64,000 bases of DNA from Macrostomum lignano (Eukaryota). Position numbers and translations under genes: made by a program. The stretch covers positions 124,001-188,000 of the forward strand of contig NIVC01000545.1 in NCBI GenBank assembly GCA_002269645.1. Reading direction: 5' to 3'. Positions 40,126 through 64,000 of this stretch are shown one piece after another; position 1 is the first letter of the stretch, and each line of letters starts with the position of its first letter. The notes under the pieces are model-generated. The model worked only from the letters and a program-made list of their open reading frames with translations, was not told the origin of the DNA and made no database searches.

Positions 40126-41269
40126 GCTTTAATGTAGCCGTGACATAGCAGGCTTGCACAAAGCCGTGTTCAAGTGCGCCAGATCTCCCAAGCCCTGCTG
40201 CATGCTGTCAGTATAAAATTGCTTTACTTTAGTAAAATTTTCTTTAGACAATTATTGACCCTCGCTGCTATGTCACTGTCAGCCTCTCTCACCTTTTCAA
40301 TCTAATGGATTGCTCAGCTCAATACTAATAAAATTATACATTAATCTCCTAGGCTGGTTTCCCAGCCTCTCCGCTCCATCTTCAGCCAGCCAGTATAAAG
40401 GGCATTATAAAATAAGGAGGCCAGCTCGGGTCGGCCTCAAATTGAGATTTGAAGTGCGCAGGCCTGACAGCCTCTCCTTCAGGGGGGGCTGCAAGATTTC
40501 GGCGCGCAGAGGCGGCAGCGCTGGCAGAAGCCAATCTTAATGAGCCACTTATCGCCCCCCCCCCCAAAAAAAACGGCCCTCATCAACGGGGGCGGCTGTG
40601 AGAGCTCTCGGCCGGAACAGCTCTGAGATTTGGGGCCGCGCCAGTTGGCCTTATTCTTGAGCTCCAGAGACTTTGCTGTCAGTGTCAACAAGCCCCACCC
40701 CGGGCAGTACTCTTTACTTCGGCAGTCATAAAACTCCCAGTGATCTATTGATTGGCCAATCGGTTCCTCTGTATGGGCCGATCTCGGCCCCTCAGCTGCA
40801 CAGACAGCAAGGGGGGCCGGGGCATCTCTCGCAGGTGGCATGTTTCCTAGAAATGCGCGGCGGGGGCGGGGAGGGGTGAGAGATTTAATGCTCGCTTGGG
40901 AGCAGGGTGAGCTGCTGCATTTTATCCGCAGTTGGGTTGTAAATTTCACGCTAAATTGCCCCGGGGGGGGGGGAGGGCAAGGCCCCTCGCCTCTTCCTTC
41001 CTCCCCGCCCCTGTTAGCTGCACTCGGGACTCAAAGAAACTGAAAGCAAAAATGCAGGAAATTTGCATAATGAGGGCAAGCCCGGGAGCCTGGAGGAAGC
41101 GCTTTTTGCGGTACCGAGATGAAAAATGACAAAACAGAATCTTGGGAGAGAGGGGAAGGAGTTTCACGACAAAACGGCAACTTATAGACAATGCTGGATA
41201 GAGACAGGTTGCTTTACAGTGCAGTAAAAGTTTAAATGAGCGACTGAGAGACTGAGTTCATGGGTTTCT

Positions 41270-41570
41270 GACTTCGTGAGCTTATGAGCGAGTTCATGAG
41301 CGATTTCATGAGCGATTTCATACTCGTACGAGAACTCATGATACAGTTGATGAGGGAGTTCATGAGGGATTAATTCACGTGAAATTTCATGAGCGAGTTC
41401 ACGAGAAAGTTCACGAAGGGAGTTCACGAGGGAGTTCATACGGGAGTTCATGAGTTCATTAGGGAGTTCATGAGTTCATAGGAGAATTCATTAGGGAGTT
41501 CATACGGGAGTTCATGAGTTCATACAAGAATTCATTAGGGAGTTCATATGGGAGTTCATGAGTGATCTCA
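41270..41570. repeat. Degenerate ~12-bp GAGTTCAT repeat
   Basis: Repeated GGGAGTTCAT / GAGTTCAC motifs. Confidence 0.8.
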
Positions 41571-42034
41571 TTAGAGAATCAGAAAGCCGGCAGTAAAGAC
41601 GGGCAAGCGCAGTTCAGCAGTGGGGGATCAAAGGAGCCGGGGCCATTTTGGGGCGGCATTTTAATCCCCGATCCCAAAGCGGCGGAAGCGGCCCCGAATG
41701 CTTGTTTATATTCCGCCCCCTGTCTCCCTTCGGGCGGTCGGAGCCATTGAGCTTCGGAATAAATTCTGCAGGAATTAAGCAAGCGCCAGGAAGCAACGGT
41801 TCGAGCTGAATTTTTGTCTAAGAAAACTAAAAAAACTTACTGAACAGACAGAAGTGCAGAAGGGAAGCAAACTTATCCAGCTCAAATTTGCTTTGCCGGG
41901 GTCTCCAGTGAGCCTTTGCTGCCAACTGATCTTTCCAACTGACCAACTGCTCTGATCTTTCCGCTCAGGCGGAGTTGACTCTCTGGTAGACAGTGCCCCC
42001 CCCCCCCAGGGGATCTGGAGGTTGAGTTAGTGCT

Positions 42035-42750
42035 GGGCTAGGGTTAGGGTTAGGGCTATGGTTAGGGTTAGGGTTAGGGCTATGGTTAGGGTTAGGGTTA
42101 GGGCTATGGTTAGGGTTAGGGTTAGGGTTAGGGTTAGGGGCTAGGGCTAGGGCTATGGTTAGGGTTAGGGCTAGGGTTATGGTTAGGGTTAGGGCTAGGG
42201 CTATGGTTAGGGTTAGGGTTAGGGCTATGGTTAGGGTTAGGGTTAGGGCTATGGTTAGGGTTAGGGTTAGGGCTATGGTTAGGGTTAGGGTTAGGGTTAG
42301 GGGCTAGGACTAGGGCTATGGTTAGGGTTAGGGTTAGGGCTATGGTTAGGGTTAGGGCTAGGGCTATGGTTAGGGTTAGGGCTAGGGCTATGGTTAGGGT
42401 TAGGGTTAGGGCTATGGTTAGGGTTAGGGTTAGGGCTATGGTTAGGGTTAGGGTTAGGGCTATGGTTAGGGTTAGGGCTAGGGTTATGGTTAGGGTTAGG
42501 GCTAGGGCTATGGTTAGGGTTAGGGTTAGGGCTATGGTTAGGGTTAGGGTTAGGGTTAGGGTTAGGGTTAGGGTTAGGGGCTAGGACTAGGGCTATGGTT
42601 AGGGTTAGGGTTAGGGTTAGGGGCTAGGATTAGGGCTATGGTTAGGGTTAGGGCTAGGGTTATGGTTAGGGTTAGGGCTAGGGCTATGGTTAGGGTTAGG
42701 GTTAGGGCCAGCTAGGAAACACCAGATTAGGGTTAGGGTTAGGGTTAGGG
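42035..42750 (+). repeat. Interstitial telomeric-type array (TTAGGG with CTAGGG/GGCTAT variants)
   Basis: Runs of GGTTAG punctuated regularly by GGCTAT or GGCTAG. Confidence 0.95.
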
Positions 42751-42790
42751 TCAGCTAGGAAATACCAGGTATCTGATCAATCATTTCTTC

Positions 42791-42888
42791 TTCGTGTAGC
42801 CTGCTGCGTCAGAGATATCAAATTCGTGTAGCCTGCTGCGTCAGAGATATCAAATTCGTGTAGCCTGCTGCGTCAGAGAGATATTAAA
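42791..42888. repeat. 32-bp repeat x3
   Basis: TTCGTGTAGCCTGCTGCGTCAGAGATATCAAA at 42791, 42823 and 42855. Confidence 0.9.
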
Positions 42889-42913
42889 TTGTAGCGATAG
42901 AGACAGATACTCA

Positions 42914-43599
42914 GCTGCTCACTGCTCTGCCAGAATTTACTCAAGGCGTGTTGACAGATCAATTTTACCTGTCAGTCGGTTCTGTCGGCTTCGAGAACTT
43001 CGACTCCAGCAGCAATGATTGACGATCTCGGTCGGGGACCTGGCAGGCGGCACGCCAGAACTGGTCGGAGCGAGCGGTCAGGTCAGCTTCTGCCGGGCAT
43101 CCGCGCCCCTCTGATGACCGGCCGTTTCATTGAAAAGTGCCCGGGCCAGCGCCAAGAGCTGCCATTGGTCCGCTGCCACTGAACCAATGGGGTTCAGTTG
43201 AGTGAGCGAAGCCTGTCCTGACTAACAGGAGACCCCTTTGGAGCTTTCATCTGATGTTGTGATGACTCACTCATCTCCATGAACCCACTGACTCAAGCTG
43301 ATCCACTGGACCTCCACTGTCTCACAATGACTCCCACTGACTCCCACTGACTCCCACTGACTCCCACTGATTTCCACTGAATCCCACTGACTCCCACTGA
43401 CTCCCACTGACTCCCACTGACTCCCAGCTCTGCAGACCGCCCGCTCCGACTAATATTGGCATGCTGCCTCCCAACGGTCTCGGGTTCTTCAGTCATTCTC
43501 TAAAGAGTGGAAGTTCCCGGACCCGACAGAACCTGCTGACATATAAAATTAATTTGTTAACAGGCGTTGAGCAAACTCTGGCAGAGCAAAGTGAGCAGC
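42914..43599. mobile_element. ~690-bp non-autonomous element with ~95-bp imperfect terminal inverted repeats
   Basis: GCTGCTCACTGCTCTGCCAGAATTTACTCAAGGCGTGTTGAC... pairs with the reverse complement of ~43508-43599; contains an ACTCCCACTG 10-mer array at ~43327-43410; no TSD seen. Confidence 0.7.
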
Positions 43600-43883
43600 A
43601 TGTGTCCCTCTCCATCGCTCCCTGATTTCCTCCTATGCAAGCGATAAAATTAAAAAGTTAAGAAAACATTTTTTTGCTTCTGCGAAGCAGACAGAAAATT
43701 TGATTGAGTTGACAAGAAGTTGTTAAATTTTTTCGCCCTGACTGTAAATCAAAAAAATAGCAGAGTTGTGCAACGCTATTAGAGTTTCTTGTCCGACACC
43801 AAAGTTGCACAGAGCCCATATTGTTAGCTTGTCATCAGTGAGTCAGAGTTTCCAGGATCACCGTCCGTATCAGCCGAGTCTCC

Positions 43884-64000
<20,117 letters not shown>

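Noticed and set aside
42035-42750. True chromosome end
   Set aside because: Unique genic sequence continues on the distal side of the G-rich strand; treated as interstitial unless reads show a misjoin.

Overview
Eukaryotic (animal) genomic DNA with GT-AG introns, TTAGGG telomere-type repeats and very dense micro/minisatellites. The overall style suggests a free-living flatworm such as Macrostomum lignano, but this is an inference that I could not test. Genes reconstructed by hand from splice sites and reading phase: (1) the 3' part of an unknown spliced gene (631-2660, +); (2) an intronless secreted PAN/apple-like + LamG/ConA-like protein gene (5490-6497, -); (3) two BTB-BACK-Kelch paralogues (7242-10772 and 20513-26586, +), the second with 17 x 21-aa N-terminal repeats; (4) a lesioned ionotropic glutamate receptor gene, probably a pseudogene (~14610-17576, -); (5) a single-exon class A peptide GPCR (35825-37156, -); (6) a large poly-WSC gene (43884 to beyond 64000, -). 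Mobile and repeat content includes a mariner element in a 15-bp satellite, two long inverted-repeat elements, a tRNA-derived SINE, a 1.8-kb direct-repeat element, an interstitial telomeric array and more than 20 distinct tandem arrays. Most interesting signals: the WSC gene is built from symmetric phase-1 exons in a repeating [4 WSC + linker] cassette whose linkers include 18-42 nt micro-exons, a layout suited to combinatorial exon skipping; and a complete minimal, dimer-type hammerhead ribozyme sits at 14232-14268. Exon boundaries are manual predictions without transcript support.
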